NCBI GenBank assembly: GCA_951406725.2
Contig: OX597820.1
Coordinates: 115,320,001 to 115,384,000 of the forward strand
DNA length: 64,000 nucleotides
Reading direction: 5' to 3'
Source: Octopus vulgaris
Lineage: Eukaryota
Both the position numbers and the translations under genes were made by a program. Below the pieces are notes generated by a model. That model was not told where the DNA came from. It searched no databases and saw only the letters and a list, made by a program, of their open reading frames with translations. This document shows positions 25,872 to 40,673 of the stretch, piece after piece (positions within the stretch are counted from its first letter, which is position 1; each line of letters opens with the position of its first letter).

Positions 25872-28843
25872 CTCTCTTTACTCTTTTACTGGTTTCAGCC
25901 ATTTGACTGTGGCCATACTGGAGCACCACCTTTAGTCAAACAAATCGACCCCAGGACTTATTCTTTGTAAGCCTAGTACTTCTTCTTTCGGTCTCTGTTG
26001 CCAGACCACTAGGTTACGGGAATGTAAACACACCAACATCGGTTGTCAAACGATGTTGAGGAGGAAAACACAGATACATACACACACATATACGATGGGC
26101 TTCTTTCAATTTCCATCTACCGAATCAACTTATAAGGTTTTGGTCGGCCCGAGGCTATATTAGAAGATACTTGCCCAAGGTGCCACGCAGTAGGACTGAA
26201 CCCGGAATCATGTGGTTGGTAAGCCAGCTACTTTATTTCATAGAAATTTGCCATAAAGGCATTACACAGAGTAGCTTGCAGGCTAGACATAAACATTAAT
26301 GAAGCAGATGATTATGAGGAAAAATGATAAAGATGGGAGAAAGCAGAAGGCGCCTGCCAACCCTCTGCTTCTCTAAAACATTATTTTTCCAAAAATACAT
26401 AAACTGAGGTAATGACCCTCTTACAAAAATGCAATTTCTTGGACCAAAAGTCCATACAATCAAAATACAGTGTATACACCAATTAGAGGCAAGAAACCTC
26501 TACACTTCCTCCCCCAGCAAATCTCGTGCAATTTGCAGGCACTGTTTCCACCGAAATCGGGAGTTCCACCAGAGAATTCTGAAAATCTCGCCTCTACACG
26601 AGTCAGTTATCATATTGCATTGTTTTCTTCCCAGCACCAGAGCAACCACCTGCGAAGGCCACTCTGAGCTGTCAATGCAATTCAGTTCCCTTAGGATCCG
26701 ACTGTCCATCTTATTCACAACAAAACTGTCGATAGCCCCTCCCTTGAGATAGCAGAACATACATTCCTCACTACCTTCACTGGGAGGGGCCTCAACTCCC
26801 TCACTCAGTGGCACACATCCCACCGGTGAGGTCATATTTTTTGCCCCCTCCGGTGGCACATCCCACCGAAGGGATTTCGGGACATGCCGTAAACAAATTA
26901 ATTTTTGCGAAGGGGCTACACCTCAAAAAAATACAATTCTCACTGCAAAGTGAGTCTTTATGCACGACCACAGGCAGGCAAATGTCTGGAGCAGAGTGGA
27001 GACTGTTGCTGACCAAAAGATATTCAATACAGGGCAACAAACTCCACTAAGCCCTCAAAAATAATACAAGCACCTACCTGTAGTCGAGCCTCAAAGTTCA
27101 ATTTTTCACGAAGGACGGGACTTCTTCGTTTTTTACACCGACAACAAAGAAACATGGGAAGTCTCAAAGCCTCATGGAAAGCAAAACTACTTACCACTCA
27201 GTCACTCCTGTGCCTATGTCCATTCAATCTAAGTTCACAACAACAACAACAAAAATATCCATCTCTGATTTGTTTTTTGGTGTTTTGTAGGTTGAGTTTT
27301 TCAGAAACATTTCCTTTTCTTTATAATAAAAGCAGGTTTTGTTGTTGCTGCTGCTGTTGTTGTTGTTGCTGCTGTTATTGTTATTATTGTTGTTGTTGTT
27401 GTTTCTTTGGGTTGGGTTCTCAGTATGGATTTATTAAGTTTCCCTACGAATTGCTTTTTGCCTTTGTCGATTAAAGTGCTTAGAGTTTAAACTCACCATC
27501 ACAAGAACTTGATCTTACTTCTCAAGTAAGTCTCCATCCACTGCACTCGTATAAATTACCATGTTCTGCAAACTAAACTAAGGAGGAGCAACACTATTTC
27601 TTTTTTACAACCCGAATGCAAAGACTTACTGGCGAATTTATCGTTGTAACTTCTCTTACTTCAGAATACATCTTTATCTGATTATGTACAAATACCCCAC
27701 CCCCACCCCTCCACAAACACACTTTAAAACCAATTTAGCAATGCCATGGAGAAAATGAAATATCGATTCAAGGTTTGAATTTGGATAAGGATCTGAGGAA
27801 GATTCCATAATTTTTCACCTCAGATATTCCGAGATCTCCATCAACCAGTAATGGAACCTTGACAAAAAAAAACCATTCATTCATTAATTTCTTCGTTCAA
27901 TAGTTTAATGTGCATTACTGGTAATAGTCTTCAATCAAAATGATGTGGTCTGGTATTTCCTTTCAGAAGAATATTAACCTAGGAACTTCTTCCATTTCTT
28001 AAATTGTCCTGGCACTTCAATTTCGTCAATTAACATTGAGTGATTAGCATCCATTACATCACAAAAAGCAAGCCATATTTTTTTCCCTTTTAGCAACAAC
28101 AACCCCCAAAACATCTATTTTTATCAGTTTCCATTCTTGCATTAAACTTTTCCAAATTCCAATCAGTGATCCATCAAACCATTTTTGTTAAAGATAATGT
28201 TTCTTTTTCATTTTGGTTTATTCAAATCCCATTGATAAATTCTATTGCATAACCTGATTGCCGGTGGCCGTGTGTTAACCTTATCATTAACATGTTGAGT
28301 TTCTCATTAATCAGTAGAGCGTTTTAGGCCATTTTCATAACTATTTGTGGTATCTTCATTTTCAGCTTCTTCAATTATTTCGACCTGAAAATAATTTTTT
28401 TTATATATATAGATATGTAAGGATATATATGTGTGGGTGTACATAGCAACACTCCTACTATTGAAAAACAAACCCTCTTTTTTCTTCTCTCTTTCCATTT
28501 CTTACAAGTGTCATCCAAAAAATACAAAAAGACCCAAAAAAAGAAAAAAAGAAAAATACAGTTTTAAAACGCACACACCCGTATTCTCTTTCACCTTCTC
28601 CATCCCTCTTTCTCCCTCTCTCTCTTTCTTTCACCCTCCCTCTATTTCCCATTATATATACACACACACTCTCTCTTTCCCCACTTCATTTACCAATAAT
28701 ATAAATACAGGCAAAACTTTACAAACAGACATTTCTGATGAAACTACAGGAGTTGAAAGCGCTAATATGAAGAAATAATATGCGATATGTAAATAAATAT
28801 ATATTTTTACAACCATCCAGCATTCTGAGCACTTTTTTCTTTC

Positions 28844-28877
<34 letters not shown>

Positions 28878-28906
28878 ATGTATATGTATATATATGTGTG
28901 TGTGTG

Positions 28907-28962
<56 letters not shown>

Positions 28963-28970
28963 TATATACA

Positions 28971-29005
<35 letters not shown>

Positions 29006-29189
29006 TTGGCAGGCTCTCCTCCCATTCATTCTCCTCATTCAGCAGTCTTTCATAATGGCTTCTCCAAGCCTCTTTCTTTTCCCTAACAGTAAAAGCAAGT
29101 GCCCCATCATCCATGCGGACACATTTCTCTCCTGTAACATCACTATTTTCTCTGACACACTGTCTGGCAATCCGAAATACCTCAGCTCT

Positions 29190-29220
<31 letters not shown>

Positions 29221-29239
29221 ATATATATATGTGTGTGTG

Positions 29240-29282
<43 letters not shown>

Positions 29283-31751
29283 GTGTGTATATATATATAT
29301 ACATACTGGATATGCTAACCATCCGCATTGTCCTTATTTCCCTATCTCTTTTTTTTTTTTACAGAATTTGAATGCCCAGGAGTGTTTAGGTAATGATTGT
29401 CTTTTTTTTTCTATTATTAAGAAGGTTGTCTCATCTTTAAGGATTTCCAGTACTTCACTGAAGCATAAACAGCAGCTATGTCTCACCCTTTTGTAGAGAT
29501 CTGCAGCAGATATAGTCTAGACCATTGTAATTCATAGTCTATATTTCTTAAACAAATAAGGAAGCAAACTCAATCTGCATTGAGAAATTATGACAAATAC
29601 CATTTTTAAAAACCAAACAATGATTAATAAAATTACCAATCTGAAACATTTAAAACAAAATCATTGCTAACAAACAACAGACACAAATAATACACAGAAA
29701 ATAACAGATAGAAGGGAATAAAATAGAAATATCAAAAGCCAAAGGATGTTAATGAGAAATGTTTTACTGTTTTATTTCAAAATGCTGACAGTAATTTAGA
29801 GTATTTAGTATGATCATTAATAATAACAGGATTTAAAAATTAACTCTGGGATGAATTAAACCAAAATAACATGATTGGGTTAACTGATTATTAATTGAGT
29901 AATCAATTAATAGATTGATTGTTGTCATAACAAACAATATATACAATTTTACAAATCCTATATATTTTTATATATAAAATGTGTCTTTATCTATTTCATT
30001 TGTTGCTTCCTCACATGTGGAAACAGCAAGAGGCGCAAATAACATGTGGGTTTCTATTGAATGGAATCTGCTATTATATTTGATTCCCAGTCCTAATTAT
30101 TTTTTACCTATTATGGCTAATGCCATTAGGAGAGGCAAGAATGTCAAAACTCTTATTCACTCATCACCTGAAATCAATAACATTAACCATTTTCAAAAAT
30201 GTCTCAACAAAAAATTAATTGAAAAAAAAAAATCTGTTGATTGCATTCGTTTATATAACATCTGTTTATTGCATACGATCGTGCTTCATGATTCAAGATG
30301 ATTGGTTCCTAAACTGTTGGATATGCTAAGTTGTAATAATTTTGTTCCTACCAAGTCAATATAAATTCCAATTAGACACAAGTCCAGTAAATTGTGGGGA
30401 GGAGTTAAGGTACCGTATAAGACATTTTTCTAAGAACAAAACCACCCCTGGTTCTGTATGCAGTGCTGGGCCTATATAACATGCTTTAACCCTTCAGCAT
30501 TCAGGGAACCCTGCCAAAGATAATACTTATTTTTGCATTTTGTTTTGAATTAATCATGCATTATCTCACAGATTCGAGATTTTGATGATGTGATAGTTTA
30601 TTTTTACAGTGGCATCATAGGTTAAGTGTGAGAGGCCAGATCCGGCCAGTTTGAGCATAAGACTGAATATTTTGGCCAGATATGGCTGGTTTAAATGGTA
30701 AAAGGTTAATTTCCTGAACATGCATTGCTGAAACTGGAGTATGCCTTGTATGCCCGGGTACCTTTTATGCCACCAACTAAGGTACTTAAATCAATCCCAG
30801 CATCTAGTTGGTACTTTATTGTACTCAGAAGAATGAAAGACAAAGTTCAACTCGGTGGGATTTGAACAAAGAAAGCAAAATAAACATAACTAAAATCCTG
30901 CAAGACATTTGTCAGACGCACCAACAACTCTGCTAATTCATCAACTGAAAAAAAAAATCAGTGAAGAATGTGATATGCGATATCTTTTATCAGTTATTGA
31001 AACCTTGTCAAACACTCAATTACAGAGAGCTTATTTATTAATTTTCATCCCAGGCAATTTCATGGATGAAATTTAGGTGCGATGCCAACTTTCTAGACAC
31101 TGATGGCCCAGAACCTTTTATAATCTAGACTAATTAACACTAATGAATAGGTGACCGTATTTTACTTAATTATTAAAGTAAACTTAATATTTGTTTAATT
31201 TAGAGTGTGTTGGCCAAGGTGACCACAACTGGTTAAAAAAAATCAGTCCTGAAGACCAATGTTGTATCTGTTAGTAATGGAGAATTATGAACTGAACAGA
31301 TCAATACAAAATATAAATATTGATCTTTTAACTGAATAGATCCAGTGAATAACTCAGTCTTGGTTTATTGACAATGGAGGAACGAAAACCAAAGCCAACA
31401 TTGGCTGGATTTAAGCCCAAAACATAAAAGGACAAATTGAAATTCTTTAAAGCATTGAGACTGGTGCTCTGTCAGATATGCCATTTATGCAACTATTCTT
31501 AAAACAAAGAACCAGAACAAGATATTTTGGAGGTGAACATGGTTGATTTAATCAATCCCAGGACTAAAGAGGGACACATTTTATTGCACCCGAGAAAATG
31601 AACAGCAGATCTGACCTCAGAATGGAAAATTAAAAATGATAAACAAATTTGTTTAAAACGGTACCAGTTCTACATTTTGCTGCTCTCTACTTGGTTCTAA
31701 ATATGGAAACTAATTAGTTACAGAAGAATCACCAAAATCTCAATCTCTATT

Positions 31752-31803
<52 letters not shown>

Positions 31804-31849
31804 AAAGCATTAGTAGTTTGTCTATTTAAGGAGAGAAATTTCAACAGAT

Positions 31850-31937
31850 TAAGTGCCAGGCTATTCTAAGTGCCAGGTTAGCCTAAGTGCCAATCTAGCC
31901 TAAGTGCCAATCTAGCCTAAGTGCCAAGCTAACCTAA
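31850..31937. repeat. 17-bp minisatellite, ~5 copies (TAAGTGCCAATCTAGCC)
   Basis: Direct reading. Confidence 0.9.
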
Positions 31938-34900
31938 AAGCAGACATAAACGCACTGAAGATGATGATGATGATGATACTTTGCAAAAATGTGAGATCTC
32001 AGAATTTTAAAAAGAAGAAGAAAAGAAAGAACTATTTGTGATGCAAATGACATTTTTTCTTCTTCCAAAGACCATTAGCAACATAAAGGGAAATAATGCT
32101 TGCGACTGGGAAATATAAAAAAAAAAGGTTCAAAATTATTATGCCACTAAATGATGATGATGATGAAGGTTAATGGTCCCACAAGAAAATCCTAATCAAC
32201 TAATACAAATTACACTTTCTACTTAATTAACAGATGTTGGTTTAAATAATACAGCTACTGTAATAAACACAGAGCTGCCACCTCGTCCCCCCCCCCCCAA
32301 CCACTTTATTCTCGTTTATGTTATCAACCTGTTGACATCACAGACGAATCTCTTCACAACCTTGCACAGAACATATTTTTTCCAGGTTGTGTTAATTAAA
32401 CGTTGGGGGAGGGGGGATGAGGGGGTAAAATTAAGGATCTCGCTTAAATAAATATTATAACTTTTTGGACAGGGCACAAACTGAGAATTAAATAAACAAA
32501 ACAGTTTTAAAATTCCTTTAATAATTTAATGAATCAGAAATGTAAGAAATTAAATATTACATTTGATAATTAAACAAGTCATAATTAATTAGTCTATATT
32601 TCTTCCTTATACAGAATTAACCTCCAGCTTAAACACACTTGATAGGTATCATAATTTAAATTCAGCCCCTAAAGGGGATTTGAAAGTGACTCATGTTAGA
32701 GCAAACCCTCCATCCCTTTTAAAGAGGATCCAGAAACATCCTCCAATCCTGAATTAAAATTAACCCCTAAAAATAAGTTACCTTATAAATGAAAGAATTA
32801 GAAACCCATTTCTCCCCAAAATTAGGTTCAGCCCCTAATGATATGTTTTTTGTTTTTTAATGGGAGTGAAAAGTCGAAGGTCATTAAAGGTAAAATATAT
32901 TTTGCAAGAGTGATTTTTTCCCTAAAATGTAAACTCCTTTGATAGGAAAGAAAGACAGGTATATATAGTAGCCCTTTACACTGTCCTACCCTAAAGGAAA
33001 ATCAGGGGTCTACCACTACTCACATAATATCCCCTTTCTTAGATATTTCCTCATTTATCACCAGTGACACCCCCTAATGACACATACAGGGAGAGTGTGA
33101 CATCCCTCTCTTTTTAAAAGACCCCCATGTTACATCCGAGACACAAATAACAAACATTCCACCCCCCTACGCACCCAGCCAAACCAATATTTCATTCCTC
33201 ATAAATACGTATGCATACGCATACTTGAATATAGACACACACATGCACAAATACATACACACAAGCATATTATTTCACCACACACACCGTTGCCAGTACC
33301 GCCTGACTGGCCCTCGTGCCGGTGGCATATAAAAGCACTCACTACACTCTCGGAGTGGTTGGCGTTCTTCTACTTCTGAACACACCAGAAAGACCAGTAT
33401 TTCATTTCACACACACACATACACAAACGCACGCACTCAAACAGAACAGGGAATCTTAGTCGTTAGTTGTGTCACTAGAAATCTTCCTCAAAATCCTACA
33501 ATTTTATTGGAATGACACATTGGATAATGTAGTCTAATCCTGAATGTAAAAAAGAAAAAAAAAACAGGATGGTCATGGCTGGAATACTTTGATCAAAGCT
33601 TTGCTTGATCAGGGATGATCTGGGGCCAAGTAACAATAGAAATCAAGACACAGACTCACCCAGTTTCCCATTTGACATACAAATGCCAGGAGAAATTTAA
33701 TCCTTCCATTTATGAGACACCAGTTCCAGACACACACACACACACACACACACACCAACTTCTATATACATGTGACAGACCAATGTCACATCCTCCCCTC
33801 CTCTCTCCCCACCTGACCTCCAGATCAAAGACGGATCATTATACCAAACACAGGATTAAGCCATGTCCAACTTAGAATCCAGATTCAGCAGTTAATGGAA
33901 TAATCAATAATCAATAATAATAATAATAAAAAAAGAGAAAACTTTATTAATATGTTAACAATGATGATAAGTTCAATCTTTGGCACTTGGTCCTAGATTT
34001 TATGGGAGGAATGAAGTCAATATAACTGACCCCACTACCTTGAACTTTTTTACTTATTTTTATCAACCCCAGGAGGATGAAAGCTAAGTACTGACCTGAT
34101 GGGATTTGAACTCAAAATATAGAGGGACAAATCTAAGAACTGTTTTATCAATTTAGTCAGGGGCTTTGCTATATCTGCCACCTTAAAAAAAAATATTATA
34201 ATAATAATAATACAGATTTTAAAATTTTGGCACAAGGCCAGCAATTCTGAGGTGGGGTAAATCAATTACATTGACCCCAGTATTCAACTGGTATTTATTT
34301 TATCGATCCCAAAAGGATGAAAGGCAAAGTTGACCCTTAGCAGGATTTGAGTTCAACATTTAAAGAACTGGAAGAGATGCTGCAAGACATTTTGTCCGGT
34401 GGGCTAATGAGTCTGCCTTCTTGCCATTCTTAATGATAATAATAATAATAATAATAATGATGATGATTATAATTTTAATAATTTTTAAAGGAAACATTAT
34501 TTTATCAAAATCTATCACAGAGATCAGAACCAGTAAATTCTTTACAAAGTTCAACAATTGTTATTACGGATTCTTCAAATATATAAAAACTTAGACTCTA
34601 AATTCAAAAAGTCTAAAATTCTTCAACAGTAAAAATTGGATTTATCATAATTATGTCCCATTTCAGAATTTGCTTTTTTTTTTCTTTTATTGTTTTTCAA
34701 TTTTCTTCTGGAAATATTTGTGAGAAGAAAAAATTTTTTGAAGATTTAACAGCGTCAGAGCAATGACTCCCGAAGATTCTGTTCCTGTTCTTGGAACAGT
34801 AAAAACCACTCCAGCACTGTGAGTTCACAAGTGATTTATAGTCATGGAATAGCCATAGGTGCAGGAGGATTCCCAGAAAAGATTAAAGTGTTTGTAAAAT

Positions 34901-36107
34901 GTTAGAAACCAATGTAGACCACAGAGCCTTTAAAAGTTTCCATTGTGGCTTAGCTGTGTGGTATTAAGCTGATGAGAGATAAATTTACATCAGGATAAGT
35001 TTACAAGTCTTTTGCATTCTGAGATAATGAAATCAGATTGGTACCTATGTAGGTGAGACAGCTCGGTGAAGTGAATCATGCAGAACTAAGTGTACGGCTG
35101 AAATACTCCAGAAAACATCTGCAGCAGATCAGAATTCTATATCCCCTTGACAGTCCATAACAATTCAGCTCTTTTGGTTCCACAAACAGATGACAGCTGT
35201 TTAAGACTGAAGGATATATCAGAAAGCCATTAATAATCCATGTTTAAAGACAGATGAGGGGTCAGCTAATCCTTTACAGACCTCAAGAATCCATAGAATT
35301 GGCAAACGCTAAGTGAATGAAACATCAATCCCTTCTTGGATCAGATGCTGGAGTATTTCCGGGACCTTTTCTGACTGAATTGAGCATCGTAAACCAAACA
35401 TTAACACCTATAATATTTCTTTCTACTACAGGCACAAAGCCTGAATTTGAGGGGAGGGGCCTAGTCAATTACATCACCCCTAATATACAATTGGTACTTA
35501 TTTTACTGACCCCAAAAGGATGAAAGACAAAGTCAGCCTTCACAGAATTTGAACTCAGAACACAAAGCCAAAAGAAATATCACAAAGTATTTTGTGAGAC
35601 AAGCAAAGGATTCCAGCAGCTCACTCCGTTTAAGATCTGTAATGTTGCCACTGCATAACTCTCAACAGCCAATTCCATCCAACCCTCAGAGGATACAACA
35701 AGTGTCTGTAATATATTCTACAAAGGTAAGCCATAGGAAAAGTCTGCCTTCAGTTAAACCATTGATGAAGAAGCATGAAAAACAAAAGTCAACAATGGAT
35801 AACTGCTCCTTCTGAAAGAGAGAAAGACTAAATCATAGAAAACTCCTCTTGAGAGGGACAAAAGTGATGATGGACGCTTCGGCTAAATGGAGAAATGAGA
35901 ACCACTCAATGACTCGCAGACCAGTAGCAGAGTTAGCAAAGAGAATTCCTGCCTGTGGGAGAATAACAATAACAATAACATTGATCAGCAATTAATATCC
36001 ACTGATTACATCAACTGACATGTCAACAGACCATGCTCTGCCTGATTGTTAATTGATCACATGAATTCTTCCTTTGTAAGGGAAGCCGAAACAATTCTCT
36101 TTGATTG

Positions 36108-36138
<31 letters not shown>

Positions 36139-36736
36139 CATGCGTGAACGCACGCATGTGTGTTTCTTCACTATAAATGTTCAGAATTTTATTTTCTTTT
36201 CATAATTCTAACAAATGTTAGAGATCAAAAACAGGATTCGGCTGACAGCCCAAAAAATATTAAAAAAAAAAAAAATTAAAAAAGTATCAGCAGAATATTT
36301 TGTCAGCAGAAATATGCAAAAAAAAAAAAATAAAAAAAAATGCAGAGTTTAATCTTCAAACTTCTTTTGAGATTTGGATTACACTGTAAGAAGCTGTTTA
36401 ACTTCCACTTCGGACATTTGTGGTTGCCTGCTGGTGTAAGAACACCACCAAATATTCATTGTGAATGAATATCAAGTATCTTATTTAAATAACGTGTTAA
36501 TATTCTATGAATATTGTATCTTCATATTGTAATTGTATGTTTGAATAAGGAAAATACCAAATATTCATTTCAGCTTTTTGTTAAAATCGGTTCTGTAAAT
36601 GACTCCTTTCGAAAATACCACTGAAGATAAAACATTTTGAAAAAAGAAAAAACCATCCTTAGATTTTTCATTAAAACAGGATTGTGATGTGGCATCACGT
36701 TGCATTTTCTTCTAGATGGAGACAATGGAACTAAGT

Positions 36737-36855
36737 TTAGTTTTTTTTTTTTTCATTTTCATCTTCAATTTCTGACTTGATGTCTTGTGACATTTCCTTT
36801 GTGTTACGTTCACGAGCACAACATCGAGGGAACCATCCTCTCACCCGAGGCTGAT
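36737..36855 (-). CDS. ZDHHC6: ZDHHC6 terminal coding exon (D-QPRVRGWFPRCCARERNTKEMSQDIKSEIEDENEKKKN*)
   Basis: tttgctttcag acceptor; RGWFPRxC SH3 motif; C-terminal dilysine ER-retrieval signal as in vertebrate ZDHHC6. Confidence 0.92.
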
Positions 36856-38057
36856 CTGAAAGCAAAGAACAATACTACAAATTAGAAGAAGAAAAAGCAG
36901 ACCGTTTCAAGGCTGCAGGAACAGTTCTTCATACATCTTTATATTAAAGCTTTGGATGGCACAAGCAATATTTTCTATCAATTGTGCAAACATGAACAAC
37001 AACAATACAAATAATTTTAACATTGTTTTTAAGGGCAACTCAAAGGTCACATGCAGAAAGCATGCTTGTCTCTGAGACAAACCTGCTTTAATCTATCCTG
37101 ACGATAGATTCTTGCTATCTTGATCATCATCATCTTCACCATTTAAAAACCATTTTCCATTCTGCAAAGCTTGGATAGCTTGACAGGAGTTGAGGAGCCA
37201 GAGGACAACACCAAGCCCCAGTGTCTGCTTTGACATGGTTTCTATGGCTGGATGCTCTTCCAAGAGTCAACCACTTTACAAACTGGACTGGGTGCTTTTT
37301 ACATGGCCATGCCACTAGTAAGGTCACCAACTAACTTGCAAGACAAGAACACCTCAACTGAGAGTGATCAAATCCTTTACCAAACACACCCCAGAAAAAA
37401 CAAAGTAACACTATTTCTTTTATAAATCATACAATAAAGTTCTTCACATCTGTTCAAATTCCCACATTTCGGGGGTTCATTCACCCAGCTTAGATAGGGC
37501 TTTTTTCATCAACATTGAGATTTGGGGGTAAAAGCATTATTAACAATTTCTGCAAAAAGAAAAAGTCAGCTTGCTTTTAAATTCTGGTAATCAGATAAAC
37601 CTTTAAAACAGTTACTTACTCTGAGATAAAACTTCCAAAATATTTACCATAAGATGCACCTTTTTTACCCAAAAATGGCTTTAAAAATCCCCCTGCGTCC
37701 AATGCACTCAATGTGGGTTCAAAACTCGCCTACATGTGCTGCCATCTATTGGCAAACAATCGCCTACGGAATGTTTATATTGAATGTGGATGCAATAAAT
37801 TGCTTATAATTACCGGTAATAACATAAAGTTATACAAGTAAGTGGAGGAATTAAAACATTATTTTAGTGGTAATTTATTTTACAAAAGCATAGCCTAGGC
37901 TGGGGTGTGTCCTATGCACTCATGCGTCTTATAAGCCACCAAATACAGTATTAACTGCCCTCACCTTCCTTGATCTAGTAGAAAATAGTGTTTACTTTAC
38001 AAATTGTTGTACTTCATTTTAGTATGTATGCTAAAATTCTCCTATAGATTCAGGTAT

Positions 38058-38790
38058 AAGAACAAAGTCATCAGCATTGAGAAGCTCCCACGGGCAACTA
38101 GTTTTAAATTCTTCTGTTATGGCCTAGATGACAATGATAAATAAAAGGGAACTGGGGAGTGAGCTTTGATGAATTCCTGTCTGCGCTCTAAACTCGTTAC
38201 TAAACCAATGCTGACTTTTACCTTGCTGATAGCATCTCTGTCCACAGCTTGGACAGTTCTCACCAGCCACTCATTTACTCCAAGCTTCCAGTCGACTATA
38301 ATGCTGCTACACCAATCATTGGATATGATCCCTTCCTGGATGACCCAAGGAACTATAATGGGTGACTAGGCTGCACCCTACTTTGCCAGATATTTTAAGT
38401 ATCTTGGCAGTAATTTCTGATGGTTCGGCGGCTTTCCCCATCCTTAATTGCTTTATCAGGCTGCTGTCAACTCAGCTGGACCCTTTGTTGGATCTACAAT
38501 GTTGGGTCCACTCTTCTTATGCATTCTCCACCTTTGGCAGCCTTTCATAGTGGCACTTCCACGTCTCCTTCTTTTCAGATTCACTAAGAGCAAGTGTACC
38601 ATCATACATTTAAACACATTCCTCTCTTACAACATCATGGTTTTCTCTGATACACTGTCTTGCAGCCCAGAACACCTCCTACCTCTGGACCTTCGTGCCA
38701 CAGAATACTGACAAACTTCTTCCTTTCTGCTTTTCCCCAAGCTAAATACACTGGTCACCTAGCTGTTCTTCTAGCTGCTTGGTATAGTTC
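38058..38790 (-). pseudogene. RTE LINE reverse-transcriptase fragment with deletions
   Basis: LLFIIVI*AITEEFKTSCPWELLNADDFVLI (YADD box degenerate); related fragments at ~29000-29190 and 40315-40415. Confidence 0.8.
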
Positions 38791-39900
38791 TGTAGTGGTC
38801 TAGGTAGCTAAATAGTTGAATGATCTCCCTTGCAAGAAAGATTATAGAGTAACCTCCCTTCACTAAGTTTCTTGAAGCATCTGTGTCATGAGATGTGTTT
38901 CTTAATTATTCAAGAAGCTTAGCCTTTCTCTTGGAAGTTTCTAGAATGTCTAGTGTTCCATTAATAAAAACAGCTTGCTAACCCTGCTCTTCACTTCTTA
39001 GTCAATTAAACTTAGAGCCATTCACATCATAGTTATGTCCATCTATTTTTCTACACCACATGATTGAAAGCCACCACTTAGCTGTTATTTCTACATTTTC
39101 TATCTCTGAACTTTCTTGCATACTCTTTCTCTTTTTACTCTTTTACTTGTTTCAGCCATTTGACTGTGACCATGCTGGAGCACCGCCTTTAGTCGAGCAA
39201 ATTGACCCCAGGACTTATTCTTTGTAAGCCTAGTACTTATGCTATCGGACTCTTTTGCCGAACTGCTAAATTACGGGGATGTATACACACCAGCATCAGT
39301 TGTCAAGCAATGTTGGGGGGACAAACACACACATACATATATATGATGGGGCTTCTTTCAGTTTCCATCTACCAAATCCACTCACAAAGCTTTGGTCAGC
39401 TATAGTCGAAGACACTTGCCCAAGGTGCCATGCAGTGGGACTGAATCCGGAATCATGTGGTTGGTAAGCAAGCTACTTACCACACAGCCACTCCTATGCC
39501 TATAAGTCATGCATGGGTTTGTCCAGGATAGATTACTTCATTCAATTCTACATTTTGATTCCATGTATCATCATCAACCAGTAAATAAAATATATTTTTA
39601 TGTAATAAATATATATAAAGGTCTTGAATTTATTCTTCATCTCTATATGAACTCTTGTAATAATACAATCAACACCTGATACTGACTATATATAACCACT
39701 ACAGTTCTCCGCTAGCCCACTCCACTCTTCCAGACCCATTTCTTTGCTCTTATGACATTGTCTGCTTCACTGCTCCATCACTATGTCAACCTGGATCCGA
39801 TAGCAAGTTGGCACCAGCCACAAATTTGGCCTGTGGCCCTTAGTAGAAACAAAAGCAATAAGTCAAGTTTTAATAAGAAAGAAATTTCAGTTCAACTTAC

Positions 39901-39941
39901 CTGTATCCTCTTTGTTGACTTTTGTTCCATATAACCAATAT
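39901..39941 (-). CDS. ZDHHC6: ZDHHC6 small exon (R-YWLYGTKVNKEDT)
   Basis: tttcag/gtaagt, 41 nt; YWLYG motif; phases 2 and 1 fit the neighbours. Confidence 0.92.
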
Positions 39942-40673
39942 CTGAAACAATTAGAATTTATCAAAGATTATTCATGTCAGATGATACGAATTAATATTCC
40001 TTAGTTCCACCATAACACACTGGGATATTAAAGTACAACTAAAAACTTTGTCAACATATTCTGGAGCATGAGACATTCTGGCACAGTCCTTTTAGCACCA
40101 CCTAAATGGCATCACTCATTTCTCTCAGTGTTTCAGCATCTAGTTATTCATGTATGTATGTGTAAAGTCTCTCTCACTCACTCTGTATGTGTATATTTCT
40201 GTATGTGCATGCATGTATGTGTATGTTTGCCTCCAGCACCCAAAGGCAGTGTCCACTCAGCCATGCCAAATCACTAGCGCCCAAATAGCAGTGCCAAACT
40301 GTCTCATTCCAACATATGATGGTTCGGCGGCTTTCCCCATCCTTAATTGCTTCATCTTTCAGGCTGCTGTCAAATCAGCTGGACCCTCTGTTGGATCTAC
40401 AATGTTGGGTCCACTCTAAGGCAAATCAGCTTTGCAGAGCCTGTCTCTTTCCAATCTATAACCTTCCTAGGGCCAATCATTTTACATGACACATGTGGGG
40501 TCACCAAGAAACTTGTAAGACAAGACCCTTCAACTGAGGTGTTGGGGGGGTATGTGAGGAAGGTGGCTTTATCCCAGGTGATGAGATGTGACAGTATGAT
40601 AGAGGGACAGGAACAAATGTTTTGCCATAGGGAAGATACATGACTACCTCCAATACATATATAATATAATATA

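Noticed and set aside
28307-28384. Possible alternative ZDHHC6 last exon (VEIIEEAENEDTTNSYENGLKRSTD*)
   Set aside because: Weak pyrimidine tract, phase incompatible with exon 39901-39941, no homology; a complete terminal exon exists at 36737-36855.
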